Below, piece after piece: positions 38,418 through 47,359 of a stretch of DNA of 64,000 nt (within the stretch, counting starts at the first letter, position 1; each line of letters starts with the position of its first letter). The position numbers and the translations under genes were made by a program. This DNA comes from an uncultured Candidatus Saccharibacteria bacterium (GTDB lineage: Bacteria; Patescibacteriota; CALEFQ01). Under the pieces are notes generated by a model. That model saw only the letters and a list, made by a program, of their open reading frames with translations. It was not told the origin of the DNA and did no database searches. The DNA is taken from contig OZ246404.1 in the NCBI GenBank assembly GCA_965230955.1, positions 1,060,024 through 1,124,023 of the forward strand, read 5' to 3'.

Positions 38418-39524
38418 TTATTGCTTAATCGGCATTACCACATAGGTATAGCCGTCTTTTTTGGCGCTTTTGAAGACGCCGGGGCCGGAAGAACTATTGG
38501 TCAAAAATTGAACTTGCTCATCTTTAAGGCAATTAAGACCATCCAACAAATAGCGATGATTGAAAATGACTTCTGAAGTTTCCCCTTTTATTTTGGCTTT
38601 TATTTTAGAATTATTTTTACCTACCTGGGAGGAAGATGCTTCGAGCGATGTTATTTGGGCCGGCACATTAAATTCAAAACGAATATCATTAGCACCTTCG
38701 CGTGAAAATAAACCGGTTACTTTTATACCCTGGAGTAGTTGATCGCGGTCATAAAGCGCCTCGGTTTGAAAATTGTCAGGGATAATTTGCTTGTAATCTG
38801 GGTATTGTCCCTCAACTAATCTGGTAACCAAGCTGGAATCTCCGTATTCAAACATCATTTCATTGTCGGATAAAGAAATAATCAATTTTTCTTCGGTTTC
38901 TTGTCCGATGATATGTAATAACTCAGCGAAGGTTCGGGAAGGGACAATGGCGTTTTTAGGCTTGCCTTCAATTTTTGCTCCGGAAATAATACCTTCAGCC
39001 AAACGATAACTGTCGGTCGCCGCCAAAGTCAATTGGCTGCCGACAAAAGACATAAAAACACCGGCTAATTCAGGGCGTGATTCATCCGAAGCGGCGGCAA
39101 AAACAACTTTTGAAATCAGAGAGACAAAGTCGGAAGCGCTGACAGTACAAATTTTCTTATCTTTTATTTTTGGAATCAGAGGAAATTCTTCAGGATCTAT
39201 GCCGTTTAGCGTGGCATTAAAATCGCCGCAAGAGATTTTTAATATTTTATCTTGTGATTGCAGGGTTATATTTTCAGGCGGTAAAGACCTGACATATTCG
39301 GATAATAATTTTGCGGGGACAGTCACAGATCCAGGTTCTTCGACTTTACCCCTTATTTTAACGGTAATTCCGGTTTTTATGTCGGTCGCTGAAAGTTTCA
39401 GTTGCCCATTTTCCGTTTGAATTAAAACATTAGCCAAGACCGGTAAGGTGGCGTCAGTCCCGACGGCTTGACTGACTATTGAAAGCCCGTGATTTAAATT
39501 TTCCTGAGTACAAATAATTCTCAT
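38418..39524 (-). CDS. dnaN: DNA polymerase III beta sliding clamp
   Basis: Three-domain clamp pattern. Its position follows dnaA. Confidence 0.9.
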   Translation of the reverse strand: MRIICTQENLNHGLSIVSQAVGTDATLPVLANVLIQTENGQLKLSATDIKTGITVKIRGKVEEPGSVTVPAKLLSEYVRSLPPENITLQSQDKILKISCGDFNATLNGIDPEEFPLIPKIKDKKICTVSASDFVSLISKVVFAAASDESRPELAGVFMSFVGSQLTLAATDSYRLAEGIISGAKIEGKPKNAIVPSRTFAELLHIIGQETEEKLIISLSDNEMMFEYGDSSLVTRLVEGQYPDYKQIIPDNFQTEALYDRDQLLQGIKVTGLFSREGANDIRFEFNVPAQITSLEASSSQVGKNNSKIKAKIKGETSEVIFNHRYLLDGLNCLKDEQVQFLTNSSSGPGVFKSAKKDGYTYVVMPIKQ

Positions 39525-39646
39525 AATAGTTAGTAATTTATTTAAATATCTTTATTGTATATAGTAAGGGTTGTGAATTCAGGGGAAAAGTGGTTTAAAG
39601 CTCTGAGTAGAAAGAAATTATTTGGGGATTGTAATTGGGTAAAGTT

Positions 39647-39765
39647 TTTGGATAAGGTGAATAAGATTCGTGATTAAATTTTTACTTGGTGAGAGAGTGG
39701 AAAACCGTATGTTTTTTCCACAATTTTTTCCACCCTATTTTTTACTTATACTCCGTTTATCCACT
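39647..39765. other. candidate oriC: cluster of DnaA-box-like 9-mers in the dnaA-dnaN intergenic region
   Basis: TTTGGATAA (39647), AGTGGAAAA (39696), TTTTCCACA (39714), TTTTCCACC (39726) and TTATCCACT (39757). Each is 1-2 mismatches from TTATCCACA/TGTGGATAA. Flanking AT-rich sequence lies at 39525-39600. Confidence 0.45.
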
Positions 39766-41182
39766 AGGGGAGATAAAGACGTTGGCGAATTAAATCAACT
39801 TCCTGGCGTAATTGTTCATTAGCATCAACTTCATCCTTTATTTTTTCACAAGCATGCATCGCGGTAGTATGATCTCGCCCGCCCAGTTCCGTACCGATTG
39901 AAGGGAATGATGCATTTATTTCCTCGCGCATTAAAAACATCGCAATCTGACGCGGATTAACTATTTCTTTTTTTCGACTCACTCCCTGTAAATCAGCAGC
40001 AGTCAGATTATAGAAGGTGGTGACGGTATCGATTATCTGTTTAGGCGATAAGGCTTTTTTCTTGGGATTGGCGATGATATTAGCCAAAACGTTTTTAGTC
40101 ATCTCAATGTCCGGCAGGTGGTCATTCAGTTGTGCATGGGCGATTACTCGGTTCAGCGCCCCTTCCAGTTCCCTGATATTGTGCTGAATATTATTGGCAA
40201 TATAATCAATAATATCATCACCGACATTGAACTTTTTATCCCTAGCTTTAGCGGAAAGAATCGCTTTTCTTGTCTCAAACTCAGGTTGCCCGATATCGGC
40301 AATCATCCCGCCCTCAAACCGGGAACGCAGACGATCTTCGATCGTCGGTATGGCTTTGGGCGGTCGATCGGAAGTAAAGACAGTTTGTTTATTGGCGTTG
40401 TAGAGAGAATTGAAAATATGAAACAGTTCTTCCTGGGTTTTTTCTTTACCGGAAAGAAATTGAATGTCATCAATCACCAAGACATCGTATTCCATATACA
40501 TGTTTTTGAATTTCTCGATGGAATTGTTCTTGATGGCATTGACCAATCCGCTGGTGAATCTCTCGCTGGTGGTGAAAAGTATGGTTTTTTGCGGAGCGCT
40601 GATTCTGATATGGTTTCCGATGGCGTGGAGAAGGTGTGTCTTCCCCAAACCGACCCCGCCGTAGATAAAGAGCGGATTGTATTGTTTGCCGGGGTTTTTC
40701 GCGACTGATTGGCAAGCGGCGTGGGCGAGTTCATTTGATGATCCGACCACGAAATTTTCGAAGGTATAACGTGGATTCAGGTTGGTCTTGCTGTCAACTT
40801 CTTCAAAAACAGGGATGGGAACCTGATTTTCTTGGACGGCCCGAGCGATAGGCAGCGCGGTGGCCGCTTGATGAGGAACCGTACCTATTTGATACGCCAC
40901 ACGCCGTATTTTGTTATTGGTTACTCGTTGGAGAGCGGAGAAGATCTCTTTATTGAGTTTGTTTTCAAGCCATTCTTTGGCGAAACCATGCGGAACGCCG
41001 ATAATAAATTCCCCGTTGTCCGAGGAAATAATGCCGGTACCTTTAAACCAGGTATTGAATTTAGCCTTACTAATGACGAGTTCTAGCTCACCAAGAACTG
41101 TTTGCCAAATTTGGTTATTATCCATGCCGGCCCTTAGGTAAACGCCTGCCTTAACCGGCTCTGGAGCCGGTATCAGGGGCAA
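39764..41182 (-). CDS. dnaA: chromosomal replication initiator DnaA
   Basis: AAA+ Walker A GGVGLGKTHLLHAIGN, sensor motifs and C-terminal domain IV. Confidence 0.95.
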   Translation of the reverse strand: MPLIPAPEPVKAGVYLRAGMDNNQIWQTVLGELELVISKAKFNTWFKGTGIISSDNGEFIIGVPHGFAKEWLENKLNKEIFSALQRVTNNKIRRVAYQIGTVPHQAATALPIARAVQENQVPIPVFEEVDSKTNLNPRYTFENFVVGSSNELAHAACQSVAKNPGKQYNPLFIYGGVGLGKTHLLHAIGNHIRISAPQKTILFTTSERFTSGLVNAIKNNSIEKFKNMYMEYDVLVIDDIQFLSGKEKTQEELFHIFNSLYNANKQTVFTSDRPPKAIPTIEDRLRSRFEGGMIADIGQPEFETRKAILSAKARDKKFNVGDDIIDYIANNIQHNIRELEGALNRVIAHAQLNDHLPDIEMTKNVLANIIANPKKKALSPKQIIDTVTTFYNLTAADLQGVSRKKEIVNPRQIAMFLMREEINASFPSIGTELGGRDHTTAMHACEKIKDEVDANEQLRQEVDLIRQRLYLP

Positions 41183-41409
41183 GTGCTTAGAGTTATTTTT
41201 AGTTTCACGACAAGTATAGCATAGAGAGGTGATAGATAGACGTCAAGGATTGTTTAAAAAGTGTTGATAGAATGTGTATGAAAATTTATTGACAGAATAT
41301 TTAATTTGTAAATTATTTTAAAATTTTGATATTTTTAGTCTCTGCGTTGACGCCTGTCAGAATCCAAGCTATACTGCTACTTGCTTATTATCACTTAAAT
41401 GTTGTTCTT

Positions 41410-41553
41410 ATGGGCAAAACTAAACGAACTTATCAGCCCAAGAAGCGGAAACGCGCCAGACAACACGGCTGGCGGAAACGAATGCGCAAGCGCGATGGGC
41501 GCAATGTTATCAAGCGCCGACGGGCTAAAGGTCGCCGTAAACTGACGGTTTAA
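41410..41553 (+). CDS. rpmH: 50S ribosomal protein L34
   Basis: [54 protein letters not shown]-17-TATACT promoter lies at about 41347-41375. Confidence 0.9.
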   Translation: MGKTKRTYQPKKRKRARQHGWRKRMRKRDGRNVIKRRRAKGRRKLTV

Positions 41554-41555
41554 TT

Positions 41556-41903
41556 ATGTTACCCCGTTCTTCTCGATTGTCAAAAGACTGGCTAATTAGC
41601 AAGGTCCGGCGTCGCGGGCGGCGGATATCGGGGCGTTTCTGCTTGGCTTTTGTTCTGGCCATGCCGAATTCTTCCTCCCCTACCAGATGCGCGATTATTG
41701 TGGCCAAGCAAGTTTCTAAACTGGCGGTCGAGCGAAATTTAGCCAAGCGCCGGGTCAGTGAAGTTTTACATGAGTTTTGGCCACGGCTTCGTCCCGGCTT
41801 TTCCTTGGTGTTATCGCTTTCGCCTCGTGCGCGACAGGTCTCATATCAAGAGTTGCGCCGGGATTTGGCTTCAACCTTGCTCAAAGCTCGTTTACTTGAC
41901 TGA
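41556..41903 (+). CDS. rnpA: RNase P protein component
   Basis: Basic RnpA motif pattern and the conserved rpmH-rnpA order. Confidence 0.85.
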   Translation: MLPRSSRLSKDWLISKVRRRGRRISGRFCLAFVLAMPNSSSPTRCAIIVAKQVSKLAVERNLAKRRVSEVLHEFWPRLRPGFSLVLSLSPRARQVSYQELRRDLASTLLKARLLD

Positions 41904-41904
41904 G

Positions 41905-42156
41905 ATGACTATAATTACATCGTTTATTCTACGCCTGATCCGGTTTTATCAAAAGTACTTATCGCCGGATCATGGGATGCTATTTTCTCACCTCTACCCG
42001 GGCGGTTGTTGTAAATTCTACCCCACTTGCTCGGAATACGGCTATCAAGCGTTTAGCCGCTATGGGGTGATAAAGGGCGGATGGCTCACGATTAAGCGGA
42101 TTGTGCGCTGTAATCCTATCAGTTTGGGCGGGATTGATGAAGTTCCTAAGGCTTAA
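41905..42156 (+). CDS. yidD: membrane protein insertion efficiency factor YidD
   Basis: [11 protein letters not shown] ... [16 protein letters not shown] signature. Start ATG 41905 overlaps the rnpA stop. Confidence 0.8.
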   Translation: MTIITSFILRLIRFYQKYLSPDHGMLFSHLYPGGCCKFYPTCSEYGYQAFSRYGVIKGGWLTIKRIVRCNPISLGGIDEVPKA

Positions 42157-42165
42157 AATGAATTT

Positions 42166-42975
42166 ATGAATTGGTTTATCTTAATCTATACCGAAGTTCT
42201 CTATAAACCGTTGTTTAACGCGATGGTTTTTTTGTATGATCTGATCCCTTGGCAGGGCTGGGCGTTGGCATTTGCGATCATTATTCTGACCCTGATTATA
42301 AAACTGGCCCTCTACACCATGTCTTCTCGCTCGATTATTGCCCAGCATGAAATGCAAGAGCTTCAGCCCAAACTGAACGATATTAAAGAGAAATACAAGA
42401 AAGACAAAGAAAAACAGAGCCAGGAGATAATGAAGTTTTACAAAGAAAACAAGATTAATCCTTTTTCTTCTTGTCTGCCATTACTGATCCAGCTGCCCAT
42501 ACTTATCGCTTTGTATCGGGTTTTTCTCAAGGGAATCAGTGATCCCAATGAATTAACCACCAATCTTTATCCTTTCATCACCAATCCCGGGCAGTTACAA
42601 GCCAATTTTTTGGGAGTTCTTGATTTTTCAACCCCAAATATAACATTGGCGATTCTGGCCGGAGTAGCTCAGTTTTTTCAATCCTGGCTGATGCTAAAAA
42701 TGCGGACCAAGAAAGAACTTGAACGCGAAGCGGAAAGAAAACGCCGAGCTAAACTAAAAGGCGGCGCTCCTGATTTTGCCGATACCGCCACCAATATGAC
42801 CAAGCAGATGACCTATGTCATGCCGGTCATTACTGTGTTTATTTCCCTCAGCTTACCCAGCGGACTGGCTTTTTACTGGATTATTACTACCCTCTTCGCT
42901 ATCGGCCAGCAATGGCTGGTCATGAAAAAGAAAGAACAGCTGGAATTAGCCGCCGAGAAAAAGAATAATTCCTAG
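42166..42975 (+). CDS. yidC: YidC/Oxa1-family membrane protein insertase (short form)
   Basis: Conserved core (KLALYTMSSRS...MQELQPKLNDIKEKYK...NPFSSCLPLLIQLPILIALYRV). Confidence 0.85.
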   Translation: MNWFILIYTEVLYKPLFNAMVFLYDLIPWQGWALAFAIIILTLIIKLALYTMSSRSIIAQHEMQELQPKLNDIKEKYKKDKEKQSQEIMKFYKENKINPFSSCLPLLIQLPILIALYRVFLKGISDPNELTTNLYPFITNPGQLQANFLGVLDFSTPNITLAILAGVAQFFQSWLMLKMRTKKELEREAERKRRAKLKGGAPDFADTATNMTKQMTYVMPVITVFISLSLPSGLAFYWIITTLFAIGQQWLVMKKKEQLELAAEKKNNS

Positions 42976-43036
42976 TATTCGCTTTTTGCCTTACCGCTCT
43001 GGTGTTAAAGATCAAAGATAAAGGATCAAAGAATAT

Positions 43037-43501
43037 ATGTCGCCAGAACAGCAAAAAATACTCCAGAAAATAATCTCTGAAATAGGCTATTATTTAGGGG
43101 AAAAAGCCAAGGTCGATTTTGATAATTCGAGCGATCCTTCGATCACACAAGTAAACATTACCGTTTCCGATCCATCTTTATTGCTAAGCGATGGTGGTGG
43201 AAATTTGATTGCCTGGCAGCATTTGTGCCGGATACTCTTTCGCAAACGAACTGAAACGGCGGTCAATTTTGTCCTGGATATCAATAATTATCGCCAGGAT
43301 CGGCAAAAATACCTGGCTTCTCTCGCCTTTGATATGGCTCAAAAAGTAGCCGAAGAAAAACGCTTAGTGATACTAAAGCCGATGAATTCCTACGAACGGC
43401 GGTTGATTCACCTGACTTTAGCGGAAGACAAGAGAGTATCGACCGAAAGCCTCGGTGAAGCGGAGGAACGACGAGTAATCATCAAACCTCAAAATAAATA
43501 A
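43037..43501 (+). CDS. Jag/KhpB-like RNA-binding protein (KH + R3H)
   Basis: C-terminal R3H motif (LKPMNSYERRLIHLTLAED) and the conserved position after yidC. Confidence 0.7.
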   Translation: MSPEQQKILQKIISEIGYYLGEKAKVDFDNSSDPSITQVNITVSDPSLLLSDGGGNLIAWQHLCRILFRKRTETAVNFVLDINNYRQDRQKYLASLAFDMAQKVAEEKRLVILKPMNSYERRLIHLTLAEDKRVSTESLGEAEERRVIIKPQNK

Positions 43502-43503
43502 AC

Positions 43504-44049
43504 ATGTCCAAGTGTCGCGCGTCTAATTTGGTCGGGAAGGTATTAAAAAATACCGATCCGAAAATTTCCGATGATAAATTGCTCCATTTATTAGTCAATG
43601 CTGATAATGGGGCTATTTTGGCTTTTATCGGCCGGAAGCAGATACTTGTGCCGGATAAAATTATACTCTCCCCCGCTCCGGTCAAGCTCCTGGGCCGATT
43701 ACCGGAGACAGAAAGTAAAGAATTTATCCATTTGGCGCTGAAAAATCGCCAGTTTGTGCTGAAAAGCCGGGTTGAAACCGAGAGCGGGCACTATTTGGGA
43801 CGAGTTTTCGATTTTGAATTTGATGATATTTCTTGGAAAATACAGCGTATTTTTATTTCTGATCGGATTTTGTTTCGAGCGCTGACCGAGCAGTTGCAAA
43901 TCCCCAAAGAAGATATTTTATTTATCGGCAAAGACAAAATAATCGTCCGGGACGGGCTAATCAAGCGCGAAAACATGGCTCGAGTGGCTCAGCCCAACTC
44001 GGAATATGTCGGCGCGGACAGCGGTGCCACTTTGAGTAGAAACCTCTGA
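43504..44049 (+). CDS. hypothetical protein with two internal repeats (possibly PRC-barrel-like)
   Basis: Two halves of about 80 aa each with similar patterning. The assignment is weak. Confidence 0.35.
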   Translation: MSKCRASNLVGKVLKNTDPKISDDKLLHLLVNADNGAILAFIGRKQILVPDKIILSPAPVKLLGRLPETESKEFIHLALKNRQFVLKSRVETESGHYLGRVFDFEFDDISWKIQRIFISDRILFRALTEQLQIPKEDILFIGKDKIIVRDGLIKRENMARVAQPNSEYVGADSGATLSRNL

Positions 44050-44065
44050 ATCAATCTTTTTTACA

Positions 44066-44096
44066 AAAACACCCGCCGATTCGGCGGGTGTTTTTC
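44066..44096. terminator. bidirectional terminator hairpin aaaaacacccgccgattcggcgggtgttttt
   Basis: GC stem with a 3-nt loop and flanking A and T tracts. Same cccgccgattcggcggg core as the hairpin at 17599. Confidence 0.75.
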
Positions 44097-44105
44097 TCTT
44101 ATTCT

Positions 44106-45074
44106 TTAAAGCGAAATCAGTTCCGCGCGGACCACAATTCGCTGGTGATTTGTCCCGACCGGATAGCAGGAAATTATACTTAGCGTCGGCCGATTGGTTT
44201 TGCGGAAAATATTCGGATCGGCCGGATCGTAATCGTTTTTCCGTGAAGTTATTCGATAGCGCAATTTAATCGAACCGCCGGTGATGACTATTTCATCACC
44301 ACGCTCGACTTTATCCAAATTGGCGCAGAGAGTATCGTAATCTCCGCGCGATCCAAAACGGCCGGAGCTGTGACAGAAAAATACCGCATCTCCGTCTTCG
44401 CCCGGGAAAGCCGTTTTATCGTAATGGACATAGCCTCCCTTGAGCCCTTCATAAATTTCCGGCTCGTCACGCGAAGTGACAAAGACCAAAGGAGCCGATG
44501 TCCCTATTTTTGAAATTTCCATGGCATAATTTTCCAAATCCGGATTGATTCTGATAATTGATCCGTCGAGCGGGTTTGAGCCGCTCATGATTTCTATCCC
44601 GTCATTTACTCCATCGCCGTCCGAATCAGGCAGAGAGGAATTTGTTCCATATCGATCACGTTCCCATTCGTCTTTAATCAGGTCGCGGTCGCTGTCCACC
44701 ACTCCTTGGTAAGTACTTCGAGGATCGTAGCCGTTTTCCAGCTCTTCTTTATCGCTAAAACTATCTCCGTCGGTATCGGTATTTTTCGGATTGGTTTGAA
44801 AGAAACTTGTTTCCAGGTAATCGGGCAGTCCGTCTTCATCGGTGTCAATTTTGGCCAGGGCGGTAGGCTTTTCGCCGTTTATCGTCGCGCCTTCGGCTGA
44901 TTCTTCGGTCGGCTCCGCGCTCATACTATTGGTGCTAAACCAATAACCGACTTCCGCCTTAATTTGGTCAAACATAATGATTGCCGGAGCGATCGCCAGC
45001 CCTAAAAATATCACAAAAGTGATCCAAAAAAGTTTTGATTTCCGTTTAGGTTGCGGGAAGATCACTTCAGCCAT
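44106..45074 (-). CDS. sortase-family transpeptidase with N-terminal TM anchor and TSP3-like Ca-binding repeats
   Basis: Candidate catalytic triad: His in VFFCHSSG, Cys in TLSIISCYP (a TLxTC variant) and Arg in QRIVVRAEL. Upstream are DTDEDGLPD, DTDGDSFSD and DSDGDGVNDG repeats. Confidence 0.55.
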   Translation of the reverse strand: MAEVIFPQPKRKSKLFWITFVIFLGLAIAPAIIMFDQIKAEVGYWFSTNSMSAEPTEESAEGATINGEKPTALAKIDTDEDGLPDYLETSFFQTNPKNTDTDGDSFSDKEELENGYDPRSTYQGVVDSDRDLIKDEWERDRYGTNSSLPDSDGDGVNDGIEIMSGSNPLDGSIIRINPDLENYAMEISKIGTSAPLVFVTSRDEPEIYEGLKGGYVHYDKTAFPGEDGDAVFFCHSSGRFGSRGDYDTLCANLDKVERGDEIVITGGSIKLRYRITSRKNDYDPADPNIFRKTNRPTLSIISCYPVGTNHQRIVVRAELISL

Positions 45075-45083
45075 AAGGATTTT

Positions 45084-46562
45084 TTATAAATACGCTTTCC
45101 GTCGGACAAAAACCAGGGTGATACCGGCGATTATTGTCAGAGCCATGAAAACAAAGAGATAAGTTAAGGAATTTCCGCCGGTCTTTACCATTGTTTGATC
45201 TTCCGGAGCCACACGATCGGCTGTTTCTTCCGGAGCGATAGTGGTGGTGGGTGTTATCGTCGCCGTGGTGGCGGCTGTTACCGTCACGGTTGGGGTCGGA
45301 GTGACTACCGGAGTGGCGGTGGGAGTCAAAACAGGAGTCGCTGTCGGAACCGGCGTTGTGGCAGGAGTAGGCGTGATAACCGGAGTATTGGCCGGTACCG
45401 GAGTGATGTTTGGTGTCAAAGCCGAAGCAATCGCCAGGGAGGAAGGGCTGTTATTATTACTTACTTTGCGTGAGCCATTCATAGCCAAGGTTGCGGTATT
45501 GGTGATGGTAGTTTGATCCGCAGTGTCGCTTTTAACGGTGACCTGAAAACGAATCAGCTGGGTTTGGCCGCTCTGTAAGGAAATATTGGCAATTTCCACA
45601 TTAGTTTCGCTGGAATTGTCCTTGGAACCGGTTGGGGTACTCAGTACTGTTAATCTTTCAGTGGCAGCCGGAATAGCATCCGAGACGGATAATCCATCCA
45701 GTTCGGATTCGGCGGAATTGTGCAGAGTTAAGGTATATGTTATCCGGTCGCCTTTTTGAAGCGAGGTCCCGCTGGCGGGATCGGAGGTCTCGGTAAAGGT
45801 AATATCATCCAGTGAGGCTAATTTAGGGGTGGTGGAAATGGTATCGGACGGCACGGTGGCGAGAGGAGAGGTTTTTTCGATTCCCACTGCCACTAAAACT
45901 TGATGATAGGTGTTTTTCACTTCAGTCGGAAAAACGAAGTATCCGACCAATCCGGCCGCGACTAAAGCAAATACAACAATCATTGTCGTCATTAGTGCCG
46001 GTGATAGCCGCCGGGAGCGAAAACTCTTCGGGGGTAAAATTGTTTTAGCGGTATCGGCCGCCGGAGTTGGTCTCGATTTCGGTGTTAAGGGAACTGATTT
46101 AGGTCGAATCGGCATCGGCTGGGGTCTTTGAAATTGAGACGCAGAAGTTGATCCTGAAGAAACCATCCGTTTTGGCGCCGTGGAGGGAGAAAAACGCTGG
46201 TATCGGTAAGGCGTGCCGGGAGTCACCGGTTTGGGCGGGATAGGCGGTGTCGGCCTGGCGGGAGCCTGGTTGTAGTCACCTGGCGTGGTTTTAGGCCGTA
46301 TTGGTGATGTAATTGGCACGGAGGGTTTCATTGTAGGGGTTCCGGTCTGTCTGAGGTCCTTATAGTTAACGTTTTTAACCGGCGGTGTCGGTGTTTGAAA
46401 AGGCTTATCTCCCCTGTCAAAAGGGCGCGGGGTATTCTGATTAGCCGAAAAACGCGATGGAACCATCGGTGGTTTTGCTGGCTTCTGAGCCGGAGATCCC
46501 GAGGACAAGGGACGAGAAGTCAGCGGTGCCCGAGGTTGGGAATTGTCAAAGAGGTTAGCCAT
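45084..46562 (-). CDS. surface protein with Pro-rich N-terminal region, TM or signal segment, beta-rich repeat domain, Thr/Pro/Val linker and C-terminal sorting-signal-like tail
   Basis: The C-terminus MVKTGGNSLTYLFVFMALTIIAGITLVFVRRKAYL is a sorting motif, hydrophobic span and basic tail (cell-wall sorting-signal architecture), with MVKTG in the LPXTG position. It lies directly downstream of the sortase gene. The 190-aa Pro-rich N-terminus may be real or the start may be the internal ATG at 45992. Confidence 0.5.
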   Translation of the reverse strand: MANLFDNSQPRAPLTSRPLSSGSPAQKPAKPPMVPSRFSANQNTPRPFDRGDKPFQTPTPPVKNVNYKDLRQTGTPTMKPSVPITSPIRPKTTPGDYNQAPARPTPPIPPKPVTPGTPYRYQRFSPSTAPKRMVSSGSTSASQFQRPQPMPIRPKSVPLTPKSRPTPAADTAKTILPPKSFRSRRLSPALMTTMIVVFALVAAGLVGYFVFPTEVKNTYHQVLVAVGIEKTSPLATVPSDTISTTPKLASLDDITFTETSDPASGTSLQKGDRITYTLTLHNSAESELDGLSVSDAIPAATERLTVLSTPTGSKDNSSETNVEIANISLQSGQTQLIRFQVTVKSDTADQTTITNTATLAMNGSRKVSNNNSPSSLAIASALTPNITPVPANTPVITPTPATTPVPTATPVLTPTATPVVTPTPTVTVTAATTATITPTTTIAPEETADRVAPEDQTMVKTGGNSLTYLFVFMALTIIAGITLVFVRRKAYL

Positions 46563-46729
46563 AAAAGATATTTACGAGTGTCCAGAGGGCTGTTTTGGCT
46601 TTTTATAAGCCAAAACTTAGCTTATCTTCCGAAACACTCTATTTAAGCATAAAAATACCAATAGGTCAATAAAATGGATTGTATTTTAGTCTTATTACCT
46701 TTAATTACCATTGTTTTTGGTAAATCTGA

Positions 46730-46757
46730 GGTAAAAAATAAGGGAGAACCCATTGGT
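46730..46757. repeat. second copy of the AAGGGAGAACCCATTGGTTCACCCT hairpin element
   Basis: See the copy at 19242. Confidence 0.6.
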
Positions 46758-47020
46758 TCACCCTTACTTATTTTTTACTTTGTAATCTAATTATAGCAGG
46801 AAAATTAAAGTCTGTCAAAGGGAAAAGGTGGAAAAAAGGATATTGGAGTAAAGAGTCTTTCGTAAAACTCTTTATAACAATATCCTCTCGTCAGAGTTGA
46901 TTTAGGCTTGTCCTGATTCGTCCGGTATTCTTTTCTGTGGTTTAATTTGACCGGTGCAATAAGATTGAGCCAATGGGTAATCACTGGGAGTTGGCGGTTT
47001 CCCTTTTTTTCTTATGATAG

Positions 47021-47146
47021 TTATTTCGCAATTTCACATTCGAATGGGGCAGAGTCAAACTTGGGTGGTCCAAATATTATTTGAACCTCTTTGCCGGCGA
47101 GAAAATCTGACAATAGTTCTCCCGGTACCTGAAAGAAGATTTTCAT
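47021..47146 (-). CDS. small ORF (41 aa, MKIFFQVPGELLSDFLAGKEVQIIFGPPKFDSAPFECEIAK) with a strong RBS
   Basis: GGAGGAAAAATG. Upstream, on the same strand, are TTGACA-16-TAAGGT and a perfect palindrome GTCACAATCTTGTGAC between promoter and RBS. Confidence 0.35.
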   Translation of the reverse strand: MKIFFQVPGELLSDFLAGKEVQIIFGPPKFDSAPFECEIAK

Positions 47147-47359
47147 TTTTCCTCCTGTTTCCGTCACAAGATTGTGACCAATTACCTTAGCAAATGCCGA
47201 GATTGTGTCAACTGCGCAGAAAAGTAAACAATTGACTTTTGGCTTAAATAAGGCTAGAATCCAGATATATTTATCGTCTTTCTTTCTTGTGAATCTAGCC
47301 TGATTTCACTTAGTGAATCAGCTTTAGGAGATTTTTGGCAGTTTAAGAAACATCGTTTT

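Noticed and set aside
45195-45516. Gly/Arg/Val-rich plus-strand ORFs
   Set aside because: Antisense to the Thr/Pro/Val linker of the sortase-substrate surface protein. They are compositional shadow ORFs.
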